Virus record (IMG/VR): IMGVR_UViG_3300011442_000010
Location: 5,948 to 69,947 of that record
DNA from: a virus
Taxonomy: Duplodnaviria; Caudoviricetes
DNA length: 64,000 nucleotides
Reading direction: 5' to 3' (one strand)
In this document: positions 18,556 to 27,867 of the stretch, piece by piece
How the letters are laid out: every line of letters starts with the position of its first letter
How positions within the stretch are numbered: position 1 is the stretch's first letter
Position numbers and translations under genes: made by a program
The notes under the pieces: model-generated
Database searches by the model: none
Told to the model about the DNA's origin: nothing
The model's input: only the letters and a program-made list of their open reading frames with translations

Positions 18556-19489
18556 GCTCCTCGCTCCTTTCTTCCGTGGAATGCAGTGGGAAGTAGTCGC
18601 ACTTCCACCCCCACGGACTCACGCAGTTGTTTCGGTTGGTCGGGAAGAACCCTTCTCTAGTACAATGCTCAATTTGATCTGCAACCCAGACAAGATTCCG
18701 GACAGCTTCGCGCATTTGTCCTGAAGTTCTAACAAGGTTGTCTCGACGGAAGCTAGGTCTCTCCTGGCCTTTAGGAGACTGTCGGGTAATGATATTAAGT
18801 AGTATTCCTTCAAACTCTTCTCCATAAACCTCCTGTGCGGCCCAGAGATATAACCCCACCTGACTTTTCTGCTGCCAACCCTCTGGGTGGTTGTCTTTGC
18901 CTCCGCGCTTTTCTGTTTTAGTCTCCAGCAGCCAAAGTCGCCCGGAGTCTTTCATGCGAACGATGGCGTCGAATTCCCCGCAGTAGATGTGCCAAGTGCT
19001 GGGAGACACAGCATGTTTACCTCTACAAGGAGTAAGTTGCCCGGGATTATCTTGACATTCGAGGCATTGGACTGACACCTCAAAATACCTCTCCACCCCC
19101 ACGACCTCAAACGGCTCTTCGGGGTAGTATGCCTCATATGCGGCGAAGGTTAGTTGGGCTTCGGCTTCCAATGCCATATCAGGCAGAACCGGAAACTCTT
19201 GTGCTTCCCGTCCTTGAAGTCCTCGATGCCTATTTTCGAGCAACTGGTGCATACGTGTACCAAAAGCCAGAGCATCACTACTCCGATCCCTAGGCTCAAG
19301 ATTATTCCCATATCTCTCCTTCCATCCAAGCGGGCAGTGCCAAAAGGCCCGGGCTTGGGAGTTGTCCAGTTTCATACGCCAAGGGTCTCCCGGCAGCCAA
19401 GGTACTTTACCTTCCCACACCTCTGGCAAGCCTTCAGATGAAACCAATCGTGGAATCCTAGAAAACAAAGTATCTTCATACGCGCACAA
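18506..19489 (-). CDS. PD-(D/E)XK exonuclease (Cas4/RecB-like)
   Basis: HCP, FGTRMHQLLE, VERYF, GEFDAIV, LLETKT, QVGLY, C-terminal C...CDY. Confidence 0.85.
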   Translation of the reverse strand: MCAYEDTLFSRIPRLVSSEGLPEVWEGKVPWLPGDPWRMKLDNSQARAFWHCPLGWKERYGNNLEPRDRSSDALAFGTRMHQLLENRHRGLQGREAQEFPVLPDMALEAEAQLTFAAYEAYYPEEPFEVVGVERYFEVSVQCLECQDNPGQLTPCRGKHAVSPSTWHIYCGEFDAIVRMKDSGRLWLLETKTEKRGGKDNHPEGWQQKSQVGLYLWAAQEVYGEEFEGILLNIITRQSPKGQERPSFRRDNLVRTSGQMREAVRNLVWVADQIEHCTREGFFPTNRNNCVSPWGWKCDYFPLHSTEERSEELVRIKFKEAEPYLSGL

Positions 19490-19555
19490 ATCCTTTAGCT
19501 ATGTAGGGGCGCAAAATCGCCGGGTTGGGGGAACCAATAAGGTTGTTAGGGGGTA

Positions 19556-19657
19556 CTACTTGCCGCGTTTACAACCGGAGCAATAGTAGTAACTATAAGG
19601 ATTTACTGTCTTACACTTGCTACACTTCCAACAATAATATGCGTCTACCAGCTTCAT
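19556..19657 (-). CDS. 33-aa RanBP2/NZF-type zinc-finger peptide (not in ORF track)
   Basis: ATGA overlap with upstream stop; WKCSKCKTVNPYSYYYCSGC = W-x-C-x2-C-x3-N-x6-C-x2-C. Confidence 0.7.
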   Translation of the reverse strand: MKLVDAYYCWKCSKCKTVNPYSYYYCSGCKRGK

Positions 19658-20004
19658 CCTACATCCACATACGCAACGCCAGAAGAGATGGTGAGCCTGC
19701 CAACGCATTCAAACCAGTTGTGATAATAGGTTGCATCATCTGCCTTAACTCTTCTACTGGCAATAGGGACATTGCAATAAATTTCATCTGTATGATATAT
19801 CGTACCACTTTCAACCTCCACACTATTCATTCGAAGCTTGAGCGTCTGCACCGGCTCGTAGATCTCCGCGGGGCCATGAGAAAACACCTGCTCTTGATTC
19901 TTGTAACGTTCTTGAAACTCCTTGTCGTGCAAAGGGCAAGGATGAATCTCATCGCAGCACACCCCACTTCCATCAGGAAGTTCCCGAGGAATCTCTATAT
20001 CCAT
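19654..20004 (-). CDS. Hypothetical protein
   Basis: 116 aa ORF in a tightly packed operon. Confidence 0.5.
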   Translation of the reverse strand: MDIEIPRELPDGSGVCCDEIHPCPLHDKEFQERYKNQEQVFSHGPAEIYEPVQTLKLRMNSVEVESGTIYHTDEIYCNVPIASRRVKADDATYYHNWFECVGRLTISSGVAYVDVG

Positions 20005-20233
20005 TACAATGCTCCTCCCACTCCTCTGTTTCTTTGTTATACTTCATCCCACCCGCTTCATTAAACCCATACGCCTCACACTCCTGGGGGATGTACCCTT
20101 CTTTGGTAACCTCCGTATAAGCGGGGTTCATCACGATTCCTAGATGGTGATGCTCCCATTTGCACCCGCAAACGCAGATTCCACTTCTGCCTTCTCCACT
20201 ATATCGGGGTTTCCAATTATCCTTCATACGCAA
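19973..20233 (-). CDS. Small Cys/His-rich protein
   Basis: CVCGCKWEHHH...C...HCNGY. Confidence 0.55.
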   Translation of the reverse strand: MRMKDNWKPRYSGEGRSGICVCGCKWEHHHLGIVMNPAYTEVTKEGYIPQECEAYGFNEAGGMKYNKETEEWEEHCNGYRDSSGTS

Positions 20234-20353
20234 CCCTTACAAGCATAGTCCCAATAGGTATTCTCGCCGTCAAATACGGAAATTCTCTTCCACCCCTTAG
20301 GTTTTAGCTTGCTCCATATCTCTTCTTCGCACATCGCACAGATCCATTTCTTT

Positions 20354-20620
20354 CTACTCCCCATTCCGGTTCCACTCATCTCCCATCTCCTCCACCCTCA
20401 CAATACAACTCCACGGAATAGATAGCGGCGCAATGCAACTCCACTGGTCATTAATGCTCCCACTCACCGCGATGGCACCTCCATTATTATCCACCACCCA
20501 CCCAATCGTCACGATCTTCCCCGCTTGGGCCTTCGCGTCCGTATGCCATCCCTCTGCCAAGGCAGAGTCCTCCCACAAAATGCGAACCGCTTTACCAAGA
20601 CAAAAATCCTGGCTTGTCAT
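20354..20620 (-). CDS. Conserved small phage protein (W.DS...GW...IP..CI type)
   Basis: VRILWEDSALAEGW...TIGWV...SIPWSCIVRV; GGAG SD. Confidence 0.65.
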   Translation of the reverse strand: MTSQDFCLGKAVRILWEDSALAEGWHTDAKAQAGKIVTIGWVVDNNGGAIAVSGSINDQWSCIAPLSIPWSCIVRVEEMGDEWNRNGE

Positions 20621-20925
20621 TGAGCTCCTTTGGTTGTTTGGGATTGTGTTGCAAAGATTGGCGGACTATCGTGCCGCCCTAGGGTCGAGCCATGTCCCTA
20701 ACGCCTACCACCGGGCTTGTAGTGCTCTGCCGCTAGCGCACCGTGAAGCGGACAGACATCGGTGGCACGGGCAAACGATGCACCTGTGCTCGGTTCTTCC
20801 ATCAAGGAAATGCCGCAGCAGACAGATCATCAAACGGAACCATTTAAGATTCTACTCATTCTCCCTGCTGCTGCGGCGCTTTAAGAGGAGGAGTTTCCTG
20901 CCCTCTTAACGTCGAGATCCGAAAT

Positions 20926-21639
20926 TTATTTTTCGCCTCTTGCTTGGGTGGGCCGCACATATTTTGCTTCAGAGAATTTAACTATCAAGTCGTAAATGAT
21001 TCGCGCGCTTTCACCGAAAGGACGATTAACAATACCGTGTTCTAAGAATTTGGCGACCGTCCCAAGCAATGCGGGCTTTGGGTTTTTTAAGCCCGCTAAT
21101 TGCCTCTCCACATCTATTAACTCGTCGTGACGCTCAAGCGAAAGATATATTCCAGTCGTAGTTACGAGCGGCTCAATCTTGGGCGCGGATGGCTCAGGAC
21201 GAGAAGAAACCGCGTTCCACAAAGCGGGATTGATCCTTTCAAAGTTCTTGTCATCCAATACATCTTCAAGGTGATTTAAGAGAATAATCACTTTATCCGC
21301 ATAGGATGGCCCAGAGGGACGCGCTGGATCGGGATGATGTGAATGGTCGGGCGAGTCATGGCAATAAGGCGCACCATGACCTTTAAGCAGTGAAGGAATA
21401 ACCCATAGTCCCAAATCAAGGTAAATTTCTGAACGGCAGAATTCACATATCATCGGCGGCTGCTCCCCTGTGGATGCTCCTGAGATGGGCTCGGCTTCAA
21501 AATCGTGCGCGCCGAACTCTCCCGGTAAGCCGTGAATTCTGTCTTGCCTCACGAATCCGCAATGCCTACACCTGCTGTTATTCTCCACGGGCTGCGCTTT
21601 TCTAGTCGTCACTGCTTCTCCCATCCACAATAAATACAA
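20926..21639 (-). CDS. Hypothetical protein with two CxxC/His motifs
   Basis: 237 aa; CRHC...H, CEFC...CH. Confidence 0.55.
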   Translation of the reverse strand: MYLLWMGEAVTTRKAQPVENNSRCRHCGFVRQDRIHGLPGEFGAHDFEAEPISGASTGEQPPMICEFCRSEIYLDLGLWVIPSLLKGHGAPYCHDSPDHSHHPDPARPSGPSYADKVIILLNHLEDVLDDKNFERINPALWNAVSSRPEPSAPKIEPLVTTTGIYLSLERHDELIDVERQLAGLKNPKPALLGTVAKFLEHGIVNRPFGESARIIYDLIVKFSEAKYVRPTQARGEK

Positions 21640-21869
21640 CTCTTATCTTTATGGCCAGATCTCTTCTCCAACATCGGCCCTTCAAACCTCTTCGTCCATC
21701 CGAAGTTGTTCTCTACCTTAGAGACCCACGCCAAAAACTCACAGTAATCTTCCGTTAACTTCCAATGAAGATTATAATAATCCGGTTCAGCCCTTTGTGC
21801 CCGAACAAGGCTAGGAGCCAAACGAGCAGCTAGGATTGGAAGCTCCATAATGGAGATCACTTCTCCCAC
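21609..21869 (-). CDS. Hypothetical protein
   Basis: 86 aa ORF, operon-packed. Confidence 0.5.
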   Translation of the reverse strand: MGEVISIMELPILAARLAPSLVRAQRAEPDYYNLHWKLTEDYCEFLAWVSKVENNFGWTKRFEGPMLEKRSGHKDKSCIYCGWEKQ

Positions 21870-22255
21870 CCTCTCTCAGCCAAAAACCTCTCCAGTCCCT
21901 GCCAGTCCCCGTCCTCTAGCATCTTCGCGGTTCTCTTCTTCTGCTCCCCGTGCAACCTCTCAAACGCCTCTCCCTTGATCTTCACGAGCTTGTCGAATAT
22001 TCCCTCCAAAATCTCCCACGCCTCCATCCCTCTCTTCTGCTCTGCGGGGATTCTCGGGCGACCAAGCGGGCGAGGAGCAGCTTTGGGCTTCGGGCGACTA
22101 CGCTCAACATGGAACAGACGGGTAGCCTCCTCATGAGCCAATGCAGAGATGTACTGCTCCGGGGTCTTCCCAAGGGAGGTTGCCTCCCTATCAATATAAG
22201 GATACATCTCCGGCGACATCGTAATAACTACTTCTCTAAACTCCGGCTGGCTCAT
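21857..22255 (-). CDS. Ribbon-helix-helix-like DNA-binding protein with AT-hook-like GRP motif
   Basis: Start ATG 22255 (ATGA overlap); VVITMSPEMYPYIDREATSLGKTPEQYISAL; RPLGRPR. Confidence 0.55.
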   Translation of the reverse strand: MSQPEFREVVITMSPEMYPYIDREATSLGKTPEQYISALAHEEATRLFHVERSRPKPKAAPRPLGRPRIPAEQKRGMEAWEILEGIFDKLVKIKGEAFERLHGEQKKRTAKMLEDGDWQGLERFLAERGWEK

Positions 22256-22734
22256 GCAGCTTCCTTTCTTTTGTGGGGGCAAACACCACCCTTTCGGGTG
22301 CTCCAGTTGCAGTTCATACAAAGGATTTGATAGCGATCGGGGTAGTTTTGGCTGACTATTCGGATGTAGAATTTGGAAGTGTCACATCCATAACGCTTAC
22401 GCTCGGCAGCGCCGTCATTATTAACGTGATCTATGGTTAGGAACGCAGGATCTGCTTCTCCACAACAGTTACACTTATTCCCGTAATGGGCATACACTTG
22501 AGCTTTGAAGTGAGGCGAGGCTTCTTTCCTCCGCTTGAACTGCTGTCGAGCAGTGTTTGTTCTTCGACAGAAATAACACTCATCTACATAAACAGGCGGC
22601 TTTCTTAGCCTCGGACGACCTCTGCCAAGGAAGAATTTTTCTTCATAGTCTATAGCACAAGTCTTGCATGTTCTCATACTTGTTAGACTCATGAAGAGGG
22701 GGTTTTGTTCGCGGGAGGGAAAAGATTCTTCCAC
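22252..22734 (-). CDS. HNH endonuclease
   Basis: YGNKCNCCGE...LTIDHVNNDG...YQILCMNCN. Confidence 0.85.
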   Translation of the reverse strand: MEESFPSREQNPLFMSLTSMRTCKTCAIDYEEKFFLGRGRPRLRKPPVYVDECYFCRRTNTARQQFKRRKEASPHFKAQVYAHYGNKCNCCGEADPAFLTIDHVNNDGAAERKRYGCDTSKFYIRIVSQNYPDRYQILCMNCNWSTRKGGVCPHKRKEAA

Positions 22735-22758
22735 CCCACCCCCTACAAGGGTTTTCCT

Positions 22759-22816
22759 CTATATACAATATCTATATACTGTCTCTCCCTCATCCCCTAC
22801 TTTATTATCATGTACA
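22759..22816 (-). promoter_or_regulatory. Candidate phage-sigma promoter pair TGTACAT-N42-TGTATATAG
   Basis: AT-rich gap upstream of the leftward replication operon; same bipartite motif at 51166-51222 and 51657-51712. Confidence 0.55.
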
Positions 22817-22867
22817 TAGAACCCCCCAACTCCCAAGAAGCCAGAGTAGCATAGACTGCCAACTCCC

Positions 22868-23119
22868 CTACCTCTCAATCCTTCCATTATCCACCCTCAC
22901 CACATCTCCGCGGAACTTCCAGCACTCCGGAGTGGGGCGAATTACTCCGTGAACTCCATTCCAAACCACTCCGCCCTTTCCGTCTGGGTGCCCGGGGCGG
23001 TCGAAGTGCACAATCTCGATGCAGCCGGGAGGCACCAGTTGGATGTTCTCTCTACGCGCCTCCAACGGGAGGCCTCCCAAACCCATCAACCCCAACAGCG
23101 CCAAAACTCGCAGGTGCAT
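22868..23119 (-). CDS. Small putative secreted protein
   Basis: ATG 23119 with GGAGG SD; signal-peptide-like MHLRVLALLGLMGLGGLPLEA; two Cys. Confidence 0.55.
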   Translation of the reverse strand: MHLRVLALLGLMGLGGLPLEARRENIQLVPPGCIEIVHFDRPGHPDGKGGVVWNGVHGVIRPTPECWKFRGDVVRVDNGRIER

Positions 23120-23360
23120 TTTTCCTCCTATGCCCCACATGCCAATGATTTCCGCATGGGTAGCAGACCAGTCGATCCCGGTCGTAGACGTTGGGCTTCA
23201 AAAGAAGCTCCAGAAGCTGCTGACGAGCACCGGCTGGGGGCAAATCAGTTGCCTCCCCGGGGGAGTAGTAGTGGGGGTTCTTCCTCCAGCAGCGTTTGTA
23301 AGCCTCTGCTGGTTGGGTAAGTTGGAGTCTGGGGCGTTGTATGGCTCGGCGATTCATCAT
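23052..23360 (-). CDS. Hypothetical protein
   Basis: ATGA overlap with deformylase stop; overlaps next gene by about 70 nt. Confidence 0.4.
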   Translation of the reverse strand: MMNRRAIQRPRLQLTQPAEAYKRCWRKNPHYYSPGEATDLPPAGARQQLLELLLKPNVYDRDRLVCYPCGNHWHVGHRRKNAPASFGAVGVDGFGRPPVGGA

Positions 23361-23899
23361 ATTCTCTTATCGGTAATTAAAATTCCGAGGTTGTGATCTA
23401 TCTCATGTTGGATAGTAAACCCGTGATTCTGGCGCGTGAAGCGTTCCTGTCGCGTTCTACCATCTATATCCCACCAACGAACCTCCACCCAGTCGTATCG
23501 TGGAACGCGAATTGCTTGTGGGAGACGGATTGACCCGCAGTTAGAGAGGGTTTCAGTTATCTCCGTCGAGCGGGCACGAATATAAGGGTTTATCATAATA
23601 TGACAAACTTCCCCCGGTTTGCCCCGTTGCAAAACTACTCCAATAATGTTAAACGGAATCGCCAAATTCGCCCCGCTCATTCCAAAGGGTTTGGAGTAGC
23701 CGTCGAGGGAAGCAAGTGCCATCTCGCGGATGTAGTTACAGCACTGTTCCACAATCTTCTTGTATTGAGGCGAGGAGTGAAACAGCCGCATGTTCACATC
23801 AAGCAAACGTGTACGGAGATGCGGAATATCCTCCGTGTTGTTGATCCAGGTTAGAAAGTTATTTACGTTTCTATTCACACACCGCTCCCAAATGCGCAC
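23357..23899 (-). CDS. def: Divergent peptide deformylase
   Basis: IMINP, SNCGS (for EGCLS), RVPRYDWVEV, QHEIDHNLGILITD. Confidence 0.85.
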   Translation of the reverse strand: MRIWERCVNRNVNNFLTWINNTEDIPHLRTRLLDVNMRLFHSSPQYKKIVEQCCNYIREMALASLDGYSKPFGMSGANLAIPFNIIGVVLQRGKPGEVCHIMINPYIRARSTEITETLSNCGSIRLPQAIRVPRYDWVEVRWWDIDGRTRQERFTRQNHGFTIQHEIDHNLGILITDKRI

Positions 23900-24046
23900 T
23901 CGGATCTCTCGGGGCCATCAGCAATCTCCCCCCACCCATCGGGCAACAACTGTCTTCCACCGCGCGGATTACCCGACAGTAGGGGCATTGGATAGTCTCC
24001 ACTACCTCCACCGCGTCGAAGAACCTTACTGGGAAATATACCTTAC

Positions 24047-24508
24047 TCATAAATGAATCTCACTCAAAACTACCGTATGCTTCGTTCTTGGATTGAGAAA
24101 CTTCAACAAATGGCTCCATCTGTTCGTGTTTAGAATACACCGTTCTGGAACATTTGTATCTACGAACGTACACAGCATCATGCCGTAACCCAGTTCGCGA
24201 GCCAACTCTATCCGAAGTTGATTCAATAAACTTCCTATTCCCTGCTTTTGCCATTCAGGCATGACCTTAGAATGCGTACTTACACAAGCACCTGCACATC
24301 CGGGGAGCTGGTGAATCTCAAACTCTGCAACTTGCGAGAGAGTTTCCCCGCGTTGCCACACCTCATAAAATACAGGAGGCATCTTCGAGTAATACGCGAC
24401 TCCTGTCCTCTTATAGAGCGCCCAACGTGGAAATCTTTGGTTTAACTCTTCCGCAATGGCTTTTGGAATTTTAGCCGAATCTTGTATCATACCCCAAGCT
24501 CCCCCCAC
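24047..24508 (-). CDS. GNAT-like acyltransferase, CCG family copy 1
   Basis: QLPGCAG...WQKQGIGSLL (QxxGxG loop)...NPRTKH. Confidence 0.75.
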   Translation of the reverse strand: MGGAWGMIQDSAKIPKAIAEELNQRFPRWALYKRTGVAYYSKMPPVFYEVWQRGETLSQVAEFEIHQLPGCAGACVSTHSKVMPEWQKQGIGSLLNQLRIELARELGYGMMLCTFVDTNVPERCILNTNRWSHLLKFLNPRTKHTVVLSEIHL

Positions 24509-25485
24509 TTCTCCTTAAAATCCACATCCGGGTCAAACTGCAACCCCTTCACGCTATGATCTGCCAACAACCTCTCACACGCGCGGCGAGCATTACTGTC
24601 CTTCGCCTTGAAATACCCAAAGAACCTCTCAAGATTCCCCCACGCATTACCCGTGGTCTGTAGCGTCTCCAACGCCGTAGCGGGTGATACCGCTGCGAGC
24701 TTCGCCCCAGTGAGGCAGATATACGCTACCTTGGGATGAAACAACCAACTCGCCATAGTGCGGTATTCCATTCTGGTGCGTTGGCCCTCGCGCTCTCCTC
24801 CAGCAGTGCGAACGTCGCCGAATTGGCCATAACCGTTTCTCCTCGCCGTGGGATCATTCCTCCGCGTCTGGCACTCCCGACTAGGGAGGATGTCGAGGTG
24901 TTCGAGTTGCCGTGTTATGCGATCCAGCGCCTCCACCCTCTGCTCATGAGCCGCGGGATCACCTCCGTGGTCTCCCGGGGGCATATCGAGATGAACGTGC
25001 CCGCCCAGCGTCAATAGTCTCTGCCCCTGCGCATCCGCCAATCCATCCCCCGCCCTCACCCTCGCCCTAAGCGCCGCGCCCGCTCTCCACTTGTGCCCTT
25101 TGATCTCCGCCAGAGTTTTATTCCCCAAAATCTCCCTCTGAAGTCTCTTCACCACCGCATACGTCCCATGCGCGGGCTCAGGGCGAATCTCCACCACATG
25201 CCCATTGTGATCCCATCCCACCACGCCCCGTTGTCCCATCACTCCCGCGACGTTGAAGATGCTCCCATCCTTCGCCACCACCACAAATTCCGGATCACAC
25301 CCCACCAACCAGGTGTTTACTAGTCTCGCCGCCATAACAGTCTCATCCTCCAACGGAGGGAGGTTTCTCTCCCGCTCCCGTGCTTGTTGCTCCAAGAAAT
25401 CCCTATACTCCCCCATCGCGGAGTGATACCGCTCGGGGTTCCGTGCAATCGCGATGTCCCAAAATTCATTCCCTGGGCCTGGCAT
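24487..25485 (-). CDS. phiEco32-like COOH-NH2 ligase type 2, paralogue A
   Basis: VGCDPEF, EIRPEP, GGHVH, GYGQFGDVR, MEYRTMASW; likely start ATG 25485 (GGAG SD), ORF track start 25587. Confidence 0.9.
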   Translation of the reverse strand: MPGPGNEFWDIAIARNPERYHSAMGEYRDFLEQQARERERNLPPLEDETVMAARLVNTWLVGCDPEFVVVAKDGSIFNVAGVMGQRGVVGWDHNGHVVEIRPEPAHGTYAVVKRLQREILGNKTLAEIKGHKWRAGAALRARVRAGDGLADAQGQRLLTLGGHVHLDMPPGDHGGDPAAHEQRVEALDRITRQLEHLDILPSRECQTRRNDPTARRNGYGQFGDVRTAGGEREGQRTRMEYRTMASWLFHPKVAYICLTGAKLAAVSPATALETLQTTGNAWGNLERFFGYFKAKDSNARRACERLLADHSVKGLQFDPDVDFKEKWGELGV

Positions 25486-25495
25486 CCATTCTCTC

Positions 25496-25702
25496 CTAAG
25501 CGCACCCGGCCCAACAAACCGGGCCGCTTTCAATATGATCTCCACAGTGGTTACAAAATCCAACCCCGCACTTGCAAGAGGATACATCGGTGGATTTGCA
25601 ATCTGGGCATCTTGGCTCTGAGTGCCACCAGCCCCTAAACCACCAATGGTGGATTGGAGGATAGATCTTCCAGTTCCATAACCGAAGTAGATGTAGCTTC
25701 AT
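25496..25702 (-). CDS. Small Trp/Cys-rich protein
   Basis: ATGA overlap; CPDC...CKC...CNHC. Confidence 0.45.
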   Translation of the reverse strand: MKLHLLRLWNWKIYPPIHHWWFRGWWHSEPRCPDCKSTDVSSCKCGVGFCNHCGDHIESGPVCWAGCA

Positions 25703-25887
25703 TGTTTCCTCACAATAATCCTTCCACAAAAACTCCTCCCGGGGTGGCTAGATTCGATATGGGCATGTAGCTGTCCCATGCTCTCGCCCTCCCACCCGCA
25801 CCAAACACACCCTACCCGAGTGCTGCTTGGATTTTTCGCTTTATCCTGTGCCACCGACCTCTTACGCCAGAAAGAGATAATCCCCAT
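25699..25887 (-). CDS. Small C2H2 zinc-finger protein
   Basis: CVWCGWEGESMGQLHAHIESSH = C-x2-C-x12-H-x4-H. Confidence 0.6.
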   Translation of the reverse strand: MGIISFWRKRSVAQDKAKNPSSTRVGCVWCGWEGESMGQLHAHIESSHPGRSFCGRIIVRKQ

Positions 25888-26387
25888 TTCGCTGCCACCT
25901 CTGCATCGCGCAGGGAGTGGAGCATATCATCCATGAAGTCGCGTTCACCGGGAGTCAGCACATTCCACGCCTTGCGAAATGCAGTATCGGTGGAGGATTG
26001 AGAGAACTCACAGTAGAGATCAAGCACTTCCTTGGTGCTTAAGGATACAAACTTCTCCTTCTCTCTCGTCTCCCTCGCCCCATGAGCCTTACACACGTTT
26101 AGCACAATCCGGTGAAACCAGGTGGAGAACCTACTCCTCCCTTGAAACTTCTCCAAACTCCCCCACGCCCTCATCAGCGCCTCATTCACCACATCGGGCC
26201 TGCGATGCCCAAACACACTACTGGTTATGGCGTAGGCGTGAGATTCCATAGCTTTGAGAAGCATGTTATCCAGAGTAACATGACTTACTCCCCCCAACAC
26301 TCCCACAGTTTCTATGAAGAGCTTCCACGATTTATCGAGCCTATCCCCCGGGCGATCTCCAATCACCCTCGTGTGTTTGTTATTCAC
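25812..26387 (-). CDS. ECF-like RNA polymerase sigma factor
   Basis: GTG 26387 with GGAGG SD; region 2 DVVNEALMRAWGSLEKFQGRSRFSTWFHRIVLN; region 4 LTPGERD...EVAAKWGLSLSGVRGRWHRIKRKI. Confidence 0.9.
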   Translation of the reverse strand: MNNKHTRVIGDRPGDRLDKSWKLFIETVGVLGGVSHVTLDNMLLKAMESHAYAITSSVFGHRRPDVVNEALMRAWGSLEKFQGRSRFSTWFHRIVLNVCKAHGARETREKEKFVSLSTKEVLDLYCEFSQSSTDTAFRKAWNVLTPGERDFMDDMLHSLRDAEVAAKWGLSLSGVRGRWHRIKRKIQAALG

Positions 26388-26704
26388 CAATTCCTCCCCA
26401 TCGCGCCACAACAGTAGACACACTGCGTATCATCGTTCTTGTTCATACACCCCTTGCAGAATAGTTGGTTGCACCCTCGACAGTTGACCTCCCCTGGTTC
26501 CTGACAGGAAGAACATAACCTCGCGGCCTTCACCCCCGGCTTTGCCTCCGTGAGATCTCCCTTAAGGCACTCCGGACACGCCAGATAATTCTTCCCATCC
26601 ATCCTCACGCGCTTGAGCTCCGCGGGGAGAATCTGCGTTTGGCAGAGGAGGCAAAACAGCCCCGGGACTTCCCCTCGACGAGTGAGGTTCCTAACGCTCT
26701 GCAC
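26384..26704 (-). CDS. Cys-rich zinc-finger protein
   Basis: Multiple CxxC pairs (CLLC, CPEC, CSSC, CRGC, CKGC, CVYC). Confidence 0.6.
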   Translation of the reverse strand: MQSVRNLTRRGEVPGLFCLLCQTQILPAELKRVRMDGKNYLACPECLKGDLTEAKPGVKAARLCSSCQEPGEVNCRGCNQLFCKGCMNKNDDTQCVYCCGAMGRNW

Positions 26705-27134
26705 GGGGAACCTCCTGGCCTATGTCTCTCCAACCGGGTGTCTCTGCATCCACAAAAAGCCCGTTTCGGAAAGTTCCTGTTCTAAATCGTATCTGATGGC
26801 CTTCCTGCACAGGAAGTGGTGCAGTTCTTCTTCCTCCTCTTGCTACCCTACGCGCCATCTCTTCTCCTGTTGCGGTAGGCCGCGCAACTACCACCCTTCT
26901 CCTCCTCCCCCTCTTCTCCCTCCAAATCTTCAACTTCGCCTCTTGGGGCCAATCCGGGACACTCTCCACAATCTTAACAAGCTGCTGCCACATAGGGAGT
27001 CCAGCCAGACCTTTTGGGGTAAAATATCTCCCCGTGTTCTGTCGATAAAGGCTTGCCGCTAACCCAATCGCCTGACGAAGAGTAGCATATCTCATCCCTC
27101 CGAAGTTCAGGCTAACCCTAACTCTACTACTCAC
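26691..27134 (-). CDS. Hypothetical basic protein
   Basis: 147 aa ORF packed in operon. Confidence 0.55.
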   Translation of the reverse strand: MSSRVRVSLNFGGMRYATLRQAIGLAASLYRQNTGRYFTPKGLAGLPMWQQLVKIVESVPDWPQEAKLKIWREKRGRRRRVVVARPTATGEEMARRVARGGRRTAPLPVQEGHQIRFRTGTFRNGLFVDAETPGWRDIGQEVPRAER

Positions 27135-27867
27135 TCTTCTCCCCCTTTCTCCCCGGACACCCTTTCTCCACCCACCGAGTTATATGTTTCGCAAGTAGCT
27201 GAATACACTGTCTTCCCTCACCTTCAACTCCGGGAGCGGAGTTCGACTCCAGCACATAATACTCCCCATCCCTTCCGTGGATAATGTCAACCGCCCCAAA
27301 GTCAAGCCCCAAAGCTCCAATCGCCTTGCAAGCGACTGCCACTGCTTCCCGCGGAACGTTCTCTGCATGGACAAGTTCAAAGGCATATCCATTTCCATGG
27401 TTTCGTCCCACCATTCCTGGCCGCTTTGGAGCGTGCCGGAGAACCTTCTCATACGTACCAAGATGAGAGTTTCGATATACCCAGACTCGATACTCCCGAT
27501 CGCTATCAATGAATCTTGTGAAGAAATCACGTCGTTGGCTCCAGAATGCTACCGCCCGAAGTGTGCCACATAACCTGATATCAGTCCCGCCACGGTGATT
27601 AAAGCGCCGAGCCAGGACAGGAAGTGGGAGTTTAACCCCAATAGTAGAACCACTGCGCCAATACTGGGGCACCAAGATGCCAGCTTTAGCCAACCTTTCC
27701 AGCTCCTCATACTTATTTCCTCCCCCAGCCATCGCATTCAACACATTCTTCTGGGGACTCAACCTCACCCCATAGCTCACCGTGGCGTCTCCGGATACTC
27801 CCGAGAGCATACTCTGGAGAAGTTGTCCGGTGAGTCTACTTCCGCGAGCTACTATTACTCTAATCAT
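27127..27867 (-). CDS. ATP-grasp amide ligase (phiEco32/RimK-like)
   Basis: NKY...L..AGILVP, HRGGTDI, EYRVWV, RNHGNG, LDFGAVDII, VLESNSAPG. Confidence 0.9.
   Translation of the reverse strand: MIRVIVARGSRLTGQLLQSMLSGVSGDATVSYGVRLSPQKNVLNAMAGGGNKYEELERLAKAGILVPQYWRSGSTIGVKLPLPVLARRFNHRGGTDIRLCGTLRAVAFWSQRRDFFTRFIDSDREYRVWVYRNSHLGTYEKVLRHAPKRPGMVGRNHGNGYAFELVHAENVPREAVAVACKAIGALGLDFGAVDIIHGRDGEYYVLESNSAPGVEGEGRQCIQLLAKHITRWVEKGCPGRKGEKSE

Noticed and set aside
18506-19489. CRISPR-Cas (Cas4-like gene)
   Set aside because: No repeat-spacer array or other cas genes; it is an ordinary phage PD-(D/E)XK exonuclease beside Sak4 and SSB.
17546-22734. The two HNH genes as introns or a novel system
   Set aside because: They are free-standing, interrupt no gene, and are common in phage replication modules.
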